The notes beneath the pieces are model-generated. The model was not told the DNA's origin, made no database searches, and was given only the letters and a program-made list of their open reading frames with translations. DNA of 64,000 nucleotides, taken from positions 646,515-710,514 of the forward strand of contig OZ316897.1 of the NCBI GenBank assembly GCA_973895155.1. Direction: 5' to 3'. Shown one piece after another: positions 49,718 through 61,570 of the stretch. This DNA comes from Marsupella aquatica (taxonomy: Eukaryota > Plantae > Marchantiophyta). Position 1 is the first letter of the stretch; every line of letters begins with the position of its first letter. A program made the translations under genes and the position numbers.

Positions 49718-50222
49718 CGTTACCCGTGCCACATCCTCTCTTTTTCTTCTTCTTCATACTTGTGGCGTCCACTGGAACCACTGCCTTTCCACTCTCCCCA
49801 GGGTTCCTGGATCTGGTGTATTTTCCACACCAGTGTTAGCTTTAGAGGCCGCCTGAGGAGTAGCATCATCTTTTACATCAATGGTGGCATCCAACTTCCT
49901 TCCCCTTGAAAGACATAGATACATTACTAAACGGAACTGGTTCTAGTAATAGCGCTTGGCGCTAGTATCAATAGGGGAAAAACATCTCATATGAACAAGA
50001 GCACAAATCCCTAACTGAATCCTATGGGGCATACTTACATTTTTTAAGAGAGCAAGTTGATTCACTAGGAGCTGCAGATTCATTCTTGGCCTTCACTCTT
50101 GGCTTTCGGCTCCGATCAACATCCACAACAATTGTCTTGCATTTCTTCTGTAGCTCCATTGTCGACACGTCCACTTCAATTGCAAGACCCTGCTTCATCT
50201 CCGAGACATACCTTGCTGGGAT

Positions 50223-50711
50223 TTATGACTCTTGCAACTTCATGAAAGCGTCTTTCTCCACCTCGTCGAAAGGCAGATCCCATTTGTTAGTGTCTAAATA
50301 CCATGGGCAGTGGAGTCTCTCCCACTCTGACAAGACGCGGGGTGGAAACTTTCCCTCAGCTGGGTACATTGAATACAGATCAACAAGATGGTCATCATCT
50401 TTTATCATCACCCACTTTTTAAATGCACCAGGGTAAGCCCACAAAACCTCTGGAGATCGCAACTCCATCCACATGTAGAAATAGTAAAGGTATTGTTTGG
50501 CTCGTTTCCGGTTCCGCTCAGTGTAGTCCTCCTTGTCTACATACTTTGACAGCCACATTATGTTGAAAAATTTAGCCTTGACAAGGTCTCCAAATGATTT
50601 GAATTCTTCAATAATGGACTTCATGAGAAAATCCAGCAACTCACAACCAGACTTCACGAGATGATCATTTGGCATGCGGTCTAAAACCTGCTCCAGAGAG
50701 GTCAGGATCAA
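50223..50711 (-). CDS. Unassigned ORF fragment (162 aa, aromatic-rich)
   Basis: Protein-like composition, abutting the integrase fragment. No motif recognised. Confidence 0.3.
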   Translation of the reverse strand: MILTSLEQVLDRMPNDHLVKSGCELLDFLMKSIIEEFKSFGDLVKAKFFNIMWLSKYVDKEDYTERNRKRAKQYLYYFYMWMELRSPEVLWAYPGAFKKWVMIKDDDHLVDLYSMYPAEGKFPPRVLSEWERLHCPWYLDTNKWDLPFDEVEKDAFMKLQES

Positions 50712-51871
50712 TTATTCCACGAAGGAGCGAGAGTTATTCCACGTAGGAGAGGGAACGCCTACGTGGTACGGCTCAATAATCACCTTCCTCTTAACAGGCC
50801 GCATCCCTGACGACATCAATCAGGAGGCCGCTGCTGTGTTTCTATGGAAGGCCGGACCATATGTCATGATACAGGGGCACTTACACAAGGAAGGAGTTAA
50901 CGGGAAACTACGATGCTGCTTAGGGTATGAGGAGACGCTCATCGTTATGCGGGCATTGCATGAAGAAGAAGCTAGAGGCCATTTTGCGGCTATCACGACA
51001 GCCCAAAAGATCTTGGATTTGGGATATTGGTGGCCTACGTTGCATCAGGATGTACAAAGCTTTATCAAGGGATGCGATTTGTGCCAACGGGCTGGCGCCC
51101 CAAGAGGAACCCACAATCACCCCCTCACTTCCGTACTTCCACTTGCACCATTCGAAAAATGGGGCATTGATTACATTGGGCCGTTCACTCTAGTTACACG
51201 AAGATGCAGATGCAGGTACATCTTGCTAGCCATCAACTACTCCACCAAATGGGTCAAAGCCCGGGCTACGGTGAAAGACGATGCTGCAACAAGCGCCAGG
51301 TTCTTATATGAACAGATTTTCACTCGCTTTGGGCCACCTCTGGAGCTAGTCAGCAATCGGGGAACGCATTTCATCAATGACACCATCGTGCGCCTCACGG
51401 AATGATACCTGGTCAAGCACCACAAGACCACCCTGTACCACCCAAAGGCAAATGGTCTGACAGAAAGCACAAATGGTATTATTGGGAAAATTCTCAACAA
51501 AACCGTAGCCGCGCATAAAACCGATTGGGATTTGACAAATTATACGCTGTTGTGTACTCCTACAATTTGGCGTACAAGACTACCACGAGTCACTGTCCGT
51601 ACTTCCTCATGTTTGGGCAACATTCGTTGGTCCCAGTTGAGTTTGAGATCCACACACCATGAGTCAGCATTCGGGATCGCTTATCCAAAGCCGATAGTTC
51701 CTCGAATAGGGCTTACCAAATTGAAGCCCTAGAAGAAGCTTGCCTACTAGCAGCCAGGCATGCGGGTAAGCAGCAGGTAGCTTCCAAGAAGCAGCACGAC
51801 AAGGGACTATGGAAGGTAGACGTCGTGACGGGCGACCTGGTCCTTCTGTATGACAGTAGGTACATGCAATT

Positions 51872-54800
51872 TGTGATGCCTAGACAGGAATCACTTGGCC
51901 AGTTAAGTGGGTAAAGCAGGAAGGCACCCTAGAAACGCCTTAGTATAGGGACAAAACAAGGAAAATATAAACAATTAGGGGCAACCATGGAACCCGGGCC
52001 GAGGCCGGAGGTAAGGACGCTGGGGGTGAAAACTCGATTAGGGTTAGGGCGCGTTAAGCGTCGGCGGCTAGGAAGGATCAACGGGAGGAAGGACAGGAAG
52101 AGGAGAGGGGTAAGGAGCGCTTGCAGGAGATGGTGGCTCATTTGCGAGCACGAACTAGGCAGACAACTATGGGAGGCCAACTACTGTCAGCTGCTTAGGG
52201 AAGCACTCGGGGAGAGAGTAGATACCGATGATCGACCTAAGGAGGGTATGAGCAACATCAATCAAGTGGCACATTTCTGGGGATGCTTGTTCGAATGGGC
52301 AACTGAGTATATCAAGACTTACGAGGACAAGGAATCAGAAAGGGCAGCTCGAGAACGGCAGGAGCTCGCTCGATTGTGGGAGCTGTAGAAGACGGCTTTC
52401 TTAGGAGGCGAACTCATCAAGGACGAGTTCTTGTGGACTCCTACTTCCAATCAACTCGACGATCTTCTGTTTTGCAAAGACAGCGTCATCGGCATCCGAG
52501 AGGCCATCAAGAACTGCAACGACATACACTGGGAATTAAAGGGTAGCACGGAAAGGTGGACCCAGGCAACGGTGCTAGGAGAAACCTCCACGGTAGCAGA
52601 GATGAAGAGGAAGGGAGCCGTCAACGATGAAGCCACCCCGGCAAAAAGAACGAGGTCGGCGACACCAAAGAAGCCAGCCGAGCAGCAGAGTAGGAGGCAG
52701 GGAGAAGCCGAAGAGGAGGAGGTCGATCCCATCAAGGCCATTCCAACCAAGGATGACACCTGGAAAGGCTGGGCGGCAACCCTACCGGTGGAGGTGCAAC
52801 TACATTTTGCACGGGAGGAGGATGCATGCTTTACGGCCATGTAGACCAAGAAGTACCAAGGCTTCATGGCCGGATCCGGCTTAGAGGCCTTTGTAAGATT
52901 ACCATGGCTGAAGCCGGAAGTACCGGAGTCAGACCTATTAGAATTCGTGGGGTCATGGGAACCCGAGACCAATTGCACGAGGATATATGGGAAGGATTTC
53001 TATCTTACTCCCAGGGTGATTGCCGAAGTGTTTGGTTTGCCGATAGGCAATAAGACCAAAGTTGATACCAGGAAGACCTTGCCTGACAAGGAGTTCCGGT
53101 CGTTCCCCGGGCCATCAACGAAGAATGGCTTCTTCCGGAACACCTGCACCAACCCGCACATAGGAGAGATGATCGACTTCTTGCGGGTGACCATGCATTG
53201 TAACTTGCCGAGGGCAGAGATCGGCAAGGCATAGGTCTATCTGGCAGAGAGGCCAGACCCAAGCCGGGACTACAACGGGTACCTCCTCAACCAATTGAAG
53301 AAGATCTTAAAGGAGGAGCAGCAAGTAATTGGCATGGGGAGCGTGTCGCGGCTTGGCTATCACATGCCGCTGTTGTGCCGGTATGCCAAAGGTCAGACTT
53401 TTGCCCTAGTACTTCCCCTGCAGGTAAGGGCACCCGAGGAAGCTCCAAAACCGAGGCCGTTAGCAGAGAAGCCTCAACCACCTGTTAGCCCTACGATCGA
53501 GCAGGTGTTTAGGCCAAGGACGGAGGACTTGCCGATGCAGCAACCAGGCATGCAGAGTCTGCTGAAACTACTGGAGAAAGAAAAGAGATCGGCATCGGCA
53601 ACGACAACGGCAACGGCAACAATGCAGGACACTACTCCAGAGGTAGGCCTACACCGGCTCACAAGGGGAAACCCCTTTGCTGGAGACAAGGAGAGAATCA
53701 GGCCGGAATCCAAGCCAGGTGTTCGAATGTATGTAGGAGTCTCAAGCTCTGAATCTGAGGCAGAATTGCCTGAAGCTCCTATCGACGAAGAGGAGAGGGA
53801 GAAGCCGGACGTCCAAGAAGTAGAGGAGCCAGTGGAGGACTTCAGCCATGATAACTCCAGCTATGGGTCGGACCATCACGTTCCAGGAGTAAGGACCTGT
53901 GGCCGGTTTGTCCCCACACTTCCAAGGGTAGTACGAGGGGACCCCAACCAGCAGAGTAGCCCTGAGTCTCCCCCACCAGATGTTGCTCCCCCGAGCTTTG
54001 ACGGCATAAAACAGATGGTGCAGGAATTTCAGGAGCGAATCAGGCAGGAAGAGGAGGCAGCCCTGGCTAGGGAAAAGGATTTACCAGGAGGAGATTGGCC
54101 GGAGGACATCAGGCGGCTAGCCGAAAAAGGAAGCAAGCCTCTAGCCACGATTGAAGAGATCCGCAAGACAGCTTGGGAGCAGAGGCCGCGATGGGCGATG
54201 CCGATCACTTCTACTTACTCCACCTACGCTAAGAATAGAGCCATGGAGTATGGTGAGATGTGTGGGGAACTTGCGCTCGGCATCTTTGGAGAGGAGTTGG
54301 AGGTAGGACCCTTTTTCCATAGGGAGCAGTTGGAGAAGCAACAATTAGAAGAAGCGGTGGCTTTAGAGAGAAGCAAGAAGGACGAGGTCATTCTGCGGCT
54401 TAGGAGGATGGAAGCCGAGATTGAAGATCTAAGGGCGGCCAAGAAAGCCCAAGATGAACTGTGGATTAAACGGCATGAGCTGAACATCATGCAGGGGCAG
54501 TTGGACACCGCGCAGGCTGATAATCATAATATCAAGGATAAACTGACTCAGACGCAGGGAGAGTTGGCCGATACGATCAAAGAGAGGGAGAAGTGGAAGC
54601 GAGAGCTGAGGAATACAGAGGAGGCCCACATAACAGCCAACAGCCAGGCCATGGCGGAGACCCAAAGAAAGGAATGGGCATTGAAGGGGGAGCTCGAGAA
54701 AATCCGCGGAGCCCTTGAGCAGAAGGAGGCCGAGTTAGGAAAATCCTATCAAGGGATTATGGCGCTGCAGCAGGAGCTTGCATCCCTGACGGCCAGCTTC

Positions 54801-56538
54801 AAGGCCGACCTAAGGGAGAAGGACGAGATGCTCGATCAGACTTACGCCAAGATGAATCAGATGGAGTCTGTCATCATTGTAGAGCTCGACAAGGAGCTAA
54901 GAGCAACCCGGGAGGAGAGGGCTACCTTGAAAAAAGAACGGGAGGAAGCCCAGAAGGAACTAGAGGAGGCGCACAAGGACCTGGATGAGACCCAGGAGGA
55001 GTTGGAGGAAATCACGAGGAAGATGGAGAACCTCCAGCGGCGGGCCGACAACCAAACGGAGCGGCTGAAGAAACAAGCCGCAGTATTTAAGTGCTTGTCT
55101 TCATCAGGCCCAACTCCAATTGGGGCAACCAAGTTACCAAGAGTGGTATTGGCCGAAGAAAAAGCCGCGCCACCTGCACCAGTGCCGGAAGTAAGTGGGA
55201 AGGGGAAGGGACCAGCTGCCAAACCAGAAAAGAAGAAGAAGCGGAAACCTTCAGGGTCAAGGAGTAATCCGACTCCACAGGCCGTGGTGACCAAGGAGGT
55301 AGACCCAGCACCAACCTCCGGCATGAATACGGCAATAGATTCCACTATCATCAAGGGTGGGGATGGTGCGGCCCAAGCCGAACTACTCAGTAATGAGGCC
55401 GGTATCCCAGATCCGCCTCTTGAGCAGGCCGGGGAGACCGTAGCCAAGGCTGAGGCCGTAACCGATTCCCGAGCCGATGCCGACGCTGATGGTGGACCCA
55501 GTCAGGCCGATGGAGAGTTGACTCAGTCAAGGGCAGGTAATCTGTCAGAGAACGAACCTACGACAGTGGCTGAGGAGGAAGCGTTGGGGGCGTCCATTGA
55601 GAATCCACCACCGGTGTCGTGACGGTGCAAGGGCGCCGTTCCTTTTAGGAAGGGCGGACATGGAGGGAGGAGGCGTGAGTGGGCAGGGCGGGCGCTGATC
55701 TCCAAGTTTAGGATTAGGATCAGGACCAGGAGCGGCCCTGACACTTAGCTTAGTGGGATTGCGGTTCCACTGGTAGGAGCAACACTTGTGCTCCTGCCTT
55801 GCTGTACATAGGTAGATCCGGGCAAGTAGATTACTGTTAGGTAGATTAGGCTTACGCTGCAAAGAATTAGGCGGATCCACTACCAGGATAAGTACCTGGG
55901 CAGCGAGGAGCTCAGGGCCTCTTCTTTAGCAAGTTTTTAGTTTGCACCAGCCGGGCTGGGATCAAGTAGTAAGAGAAGCTCTCGGTTAGTCATACAGTGA
56001 CCCTTGTGTATATTCATGTTTCCTCATGCCTAAGAACTGAATAGAGTTGGCCTCACGGCTTAGTTCGCAGAGCTTGTGTATGAGATGTACTGTTTGTATG
56101 GCAAGTGCATGGTATGACTCAGTCAGAAGGAGTCATTTTGCTATTTGTGTGTCGCATTAACTTGTGTGAAGAGTGCCCACATCAACTAACAGAAGGAAGG
56201 AAAGTAAGCAAGGAGTGAGAGTTGGATGTGTCGAGCTGAGAGAGGTCTTAGCGGCTTAACCAAGCCTATTGGGGATCATTCCGGCGACGGAATCCAAACA
56301 TACCTAACAAGACCAAAGGGAAGACAAGGGAAGGCCTAGATTAGGCCGGCTACGTATCTCATGACCCGATGAAGGATCTTTCCAGTACATGTGTGTAAAA
56401 TGTTAATAGTAGTAGTAGAAGGTTAGCAGCGTCCCATGCCGCTAAGCCGCGGAAACGGCCTCGCCAAGCGCAAAACCTACGAGAATCGGCTTGAGCTGGG
56501 GGGTTTCTTGGGTTTAGGGAGCCATGGGACGCACCACA
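51872..56538 (+). mobile_element. ORF-bearing solo-LTR-like element, copy A2 (4667 bp)
   Basis: Same termini as A1. 5-bp TSD CAATT (51867-51871, 56539-56543). Confidence 0.93.
51987..55622 (+). pseudogene. Copy of the 1210-aa ORF with three premature stops
   Basis: CAG>TAG at 52386, 52842 and 53232 relative to A1; frame otherwise kept. Confidence 0.9.
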
Positions 56539-56732
56539 CAATTTCCGGGGAAGCTTCATACTCGCTGGCTGGGCCCATTCCTGGTGAATCAAATCTACCC
56601 AAACGGATCTCTAGACCCCGCGACGTACACCGACGATTTACTTCCCACACGAGTTAGTTACGATTGTGTGAAAAAGTACCACCACCAGGACGATGATGCC
56701 GATAGTGATGTTTGCGAGGATGCTTCACAATT

Positions 56733-56745
56733 AAGCAGGGAGCTA
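56733..56745 (+). promoter_or_regulatory. Putative polypurine tract
   Basis: aagcagggagcta lies between the integrase end and TGTGACACC. Confidence 0.55.
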
Positions 56746-59700
56746 TGTGACACCTCCAGCATGGTGGTTAATGATTGATTTGGCCTAGCCGTGCGTAGCA
56801 CGCTTGTTAGGGGCACCGTAGGCCGTAGTTATTAGCATAATGACACTAAGTAGGTAGTACTTATGACTAGGGAATCATTAGTTAATAAGGGACATTTACG
56901 TTCGGGATGGCGGCGGAGCACCATTTGTACTCCTAGGTTACGAGCATGTAAGGGGACACTTCGGGTCCGTATAACAAAATTCTTGAAGGCGGCCACTGAC
57001 ACAATCTGAACCGGACCCGCAAGTGGCCAGTATAGTGGGAGTGTGAAAAGCTCGGCCTATGGGAAGAGAGGAGGGGCCAGTCAGACGATGAGCCCTCAAA
57101 GTATAAAAGGAGGGCCATTCTCTTGCATTACGCTCACACTCCATTCTGCGTGCCAACTTTGCCACTTCATTCCTCCTTAGTAGCCCACCGTCACTCCTGG
57201 ATGCCTGTCACGATATTGTCCAGTTTGGCCCTTCAATTTTGGCTGCAATTCCTATCCGTAGGAAGTCACTTAGCCAAGTCCTTAGCCGAAGTCAACCCGC
57301 ACTGATACGAGACCGAACGAGCTTACAAGAGAGCCATTTGTTTAGCTGGCCAAAATCACTATAACCACGACTTCGCCCTCTCTTTTCAGAGTGAGCTTTG
57401 CCGAGTCGACAAAATCAGCAAATACTTCTTCGTTGATGAGAAGTACGTTGGATTTTGGGAAGCCCTTCTTCGGCTTCCGGACAAGGTTTACCATCTCCCG
57501 GGCACAATAGACTTGAAGCCACACCATTACGACCATACCCCCGCCCGGGTTCAAGCCTCCATCGACTATTCGTTCAGCCCTACTCAAACAAGTGAGACTC
57601 CCATCCTAACATCACTTGACTTCCCCAAGAACTACCTGAATCTAATGACGCCTCCGCCAGTTGCAACTGGCGCCCACCAATCCGTGTCCGCACCAACACC
57701 GCCTTGGCCTCAGCCAAGCCGATCCCCACCACCGGTCGCACCACCTCTCCGAGTACAATCCGTGGTGAATGCGGTAAATATTAGCTCCAAAGACAAGGAA
57801 GCTCACCCTCCTCTGAATCGACGGCCGCGGGGTACGACTCAACAGGCGCCAAGCAACCCGGCGCCACTCCAGCAAGCCCGAGGGGTTAACACGGTGACTC
57901 TGGTGGCCCCGGCACCAATACTCACGGTAGTAGCGCTACCACCGCCTGACCGGGAGGAAGGAGAGATATCCCCCTCTCTAGTCACCCCAGGAATTAGTCT
58001 TGGGGTAGAAAGAGAAAGGAACCCGCAGCTATATTGGGGTTGCCTTTGGCCACGGTTGTAGTGGCCAAGCTGACCATGCATCGCATGGGGGAGAATGTTC
58101 ACAAGAACATCCTCCACCCCAACCCTGCATGCTATCTGAAGACCCAAGGGTTTGAGCACCTCGCCTCTCTCCCTTGGAATGGAAGCAGGTACTACGGACA
58201 GGATATGACGGAGTTCATCCAGAACTTTGACGAGGCCCGCCAACAAACCCGAGCACACGAGAGAGTGATGTGTCTCAATGAGGCACGTTTGAAGATGATT
58301 TTCGGCCTACCCGAGGGGATAAACCGGGTAGAGTCGCGGGCTCTTGGGGGCAAGGGAGCTAAATACCAGTCTTCTAGCTTCCCAACCGAGGGAGCTGTGG
58401 ACAATGGATTCTTGATGAGGATGTGCCTCATCCCGGAGGTAGCTAAACGCCTGGAGTTCCAGCGGTATGCCCTCCATATGATGGAACCACGCGGCGAAAT
58501 AACCGCCACCCAGGTCATACAAGTAGAGAACTTTCAGCCTAGGAAGTGGGCATCCTTCTTCGTTAAGAAGCTCCACGAAGAGATGGAGCGGAGAAGGAAG
58601 ACGTTGTACATTGGTGGAAAGGCGTACTTTGCGAGCCACATCAAGATTATCATCAAATGGTATGCCCGTTTTGACCGCCGAAGCCTTCCCCGTTGCAACG
58701 AGATGGAATTGACTCCGTCAAAGTGGGTATTCCCAGCTCAAGAGAGGCAACCACAACCCGAAGCCCAAAGCCTGGCAGCCGCAAGACCTACTTCTCCGGC
58801 CTCGCAACCAGCCACTACTGCCCCACCAAGCGTACCCATGGACGCAATTATCGCGACCTTGGAAGCGATCAATCGGGTCAACGCAATCAAAGTCGGGCCG
58901 ATTGAGGCCGGACCCGTACCCGACACTACGGTGGCCAAGGAGATTCCGCCACCCCCCACGGCCGTGCAGGAGGACCGCACGGAGGAACCAGTCCCTTTGA
59001 CCGACTTACCTCAAGGGCTGGATGTTTCCACTCCTACTCCCTCGCGGGTTGGGGTCTGCCTGTGCCCGAATCTAGATGGACATAGTCTGGACCATCCGGA
59101 ACTCTTTGCGCCAGGCACGTTTCTGAATGGGTTGTTGGGAGATTTCTCACAACAGATCTCACGGGATACCAGGGAATACATGGCACGGAAGGTGGCCTAC
59201 TTCTTCAACCAGGAGTTGGTTGCGGCTGTGAAGGTAGGACATGCGCAGGCGGAGATAGCGCAGAGAATAGAGCGATACCGGGTTGAGTCTGCCTATTTGA
59301 AGGACGAAGTGGCAACCCTGGAGACTGAACTCCAGCAACTGCGACCTCAAGTAATGGCCACGGAGGATTAGGTTGTCGAGGCAAGGGCCCGGGCAGCCTT
59401 AGCAAAGCAGGCCGGGCTCAGAAAGGACTCCGAGATCGCAAGGCTCCGGACCAAGATTGATGGTTTGAAGGGAGAAGCCGTCAGTTGGCAGAAGGATCTA
59501 GAGGAAGCTGACTCTTGATCTTAGCGGGACGCAGCCAAGATTGACACCCTGAAGACAGAGGTAGCACGGCTTTAGGGAGAGGCCATGAAGTAGGCCCAAT
59601 TGGTGGATAAGCTGACGAGCGACGTCCAGCAATTGGAGGAGGCATGTCAAGAGGCCGCGGAAGAGGCGGACGCGGTGAAGCGTGAGAACAAATCTCTGCT

Positions 59701-60694
59701 GGACCAGGTCCAGCTACTCAAGCAAGATACTGACAGGCTCAGGAGGCAGCGGGATAGCCGCTCCCACTCGGGCGTCTCTGGCAAGTGTGCCAAGCATTAG
59801 CGGTTGAGTAGGATTAAAATAGAGGTAGGAGTAGCTAAATTGGGCTATAGGGACAAGCGCTTGCCCTAGTTAAAGCGGCGCTGCCATACTGTCCAGCCTA
59901 CGTAGATTAGGATCTTCTAATAAGACAAGCCATTTTCTGGCCTGACAGCCAGCTTAGTTAGGATCTTAGTTAGCGAATCTACGGGCGTGAGGCCGCTCTG
60001 GTCCTCAACCCTTAGTATTTAGTGCACCCCTCGGTAGAGGCAGAGGGGTTTTTAGTCTCAGAGTCGGACATCCGCGGTATGTGCGGGGAGTCCCAACCTC
60101 TGTGAGTGAAAAAGTACCAAGGGGAGGGGGTAAGACTAAGCTCGCTGGGCGAGTGCGGAGCCGGGCTCCGTTGTAGTGTACACCCTCGGCCTTGGGCCTG
60201 TTCATTCAAGAGATTTTGGGTCAACTAAGTGTATGTGTATGTCCACTATGTAAGTAAAACCCTTTCCCATTATTTCCTTCGTGTAAATCAAGATTGTATG
60301 CTTGTGCATGTGCATACGTGTGAATCTTGTGTATGGATGCCAACGCTTGGGCGAACACCCTACCTGAACCGTGCACGGGGTGCAGCTTGCGGGTAAGTGG
60401 TTGTGAGCACAGGTTGAGTAACTTTATCATCGAATCCGGATCGAAGGCATCCAACACGAAGGCTTAGAAGCCCATAAGTTGGGATCGATCCTACTATTGA
60501 CTAAGGTACGTTCCGGCGGCGGAACACAAACCATACCTAGGAGGTGTCCGTACATAATAGTAGATGCACTTAGCACTAGTTTACATGAGTTAGGTGCATT
60601 CCGTGCTTCCCTCCCTGCCCGAACCCTCATATTTACGAAGGATGTGCATGTCTAAGCCGAAGCCCGGGTTAAGGCCTAGGCTGACAACGTGACA
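56746..60694 (+). mobile_element. Putative 3' LTR (~3.95 kb) containing an ORF (unit C)
   Basis: TGTGAC start follows the purine tract. It ends GTGACA exactly where an unrelated tandem repeat resumes mid-unit (agtat|tttcctcttcaagc). Confidence 0.72.
57513..59800 (+). pseudogene. LTR-encoded ORF homologous to the unit A ORF
   Basis: YLKTQGFEHLASLPW..MTEFIQNFD..TRAHERVMCLNEARLKMIFGLP..DNGF, then coiled coil. Frameshift near 58040 and several stops after 59369. Confidence 0.8.
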
Positions 60695-61570
60695 AGTATT
60701 TTCCTCTTCAAGCTTAAGTCTCCTCAAGACCCTCAAAGTAGTGTTATCCCTCAACCTTGCCCCCCTGGCCTTGGTTTGGGTCTAGACATCCCCTTTGAGC
60801 TCTAGAGAAGGCTCCTCTATCTAAGGACTCTTCCTCTTATTCTTACTTCTTGTTAACACCACCGGGAACACCACACACCAAGCAAAGTACTTTCCACCCT
60901 CAAGCTACCATCCTCTCTAAGTCTCAAAGTAGTGCTCCACCTTAACCTTGTGTCAAACACTTGTCAAGGAGCTTAAGCGGCTTTTCTCCCCAAAAGACTA
61001 CCTAATACCTGCTCCATATCATACCAGGGTCACAAAGGATTGACAAAACTTCTGAAATGTGCCTACAATGTCTAATCACTCCATACATAAGTAGTTTCAA
61101 CTCTCCACTTCTAGAGAGGTAGTCCCCTTGACTACTTTTGTACTCACACCCTTCCCCTCTCCTCTACTCCAAGGATCAGCAAGGGGGATCTTTGCTCCAA
61201 GCTGTCACCTTAGAGTAGATTCTCACACAAACACCCAAGAACCAAAGTACTTTCCTCTTCAAGCTTAAGTCTCCTCAAGACCCTCAAAGTAGTGTTACCC
61301 CTCAACCTTGCCCCCTGGCCTTGGTTTGGGTCCACATATCCCCTTTGAGCTCTAGAGAAGGCTCCTCTATCTAAGGACTCTTCCTCTTGTTCTTACTTCT
61401 TGTTAACACCACACACCAAGCAAAATACTTTCCACCCTCAAGCTATAATCCTTTCTAAGTCTCAAAGTAGTGCTCTACCTTAACCTTGCCTCCTTGGCCT
61501 TGGTTTTGTACTAGCACATCCCCTTTGAGCTTAGACCAAGATTACATCATAGCATGGACTCTTCTCTTGC
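60695..61570. repeat. Tandem duplication (~550 bp period) built from ~190-bp subunits
   Basis: 60695-60950 matches 61246-61490. Subunit motif ctcaaagtagtg..aaccttg recurs four times. Confidence 0.8.

Larger units (their letters stand above)
50712..56700 (+). pseudogene. Ty3/gypsy integrase remnant without chromodomain, interrupted by copy A2
   Basis: HEEEARGHF..CDLCQR (HHCC), WGIDYIGPF, LVSNRGTHF, YHPKANG. Frame continues across the CAATT TSD: DSRYMQF|PGKLHTRWLGPF. Confidence 0.92.
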
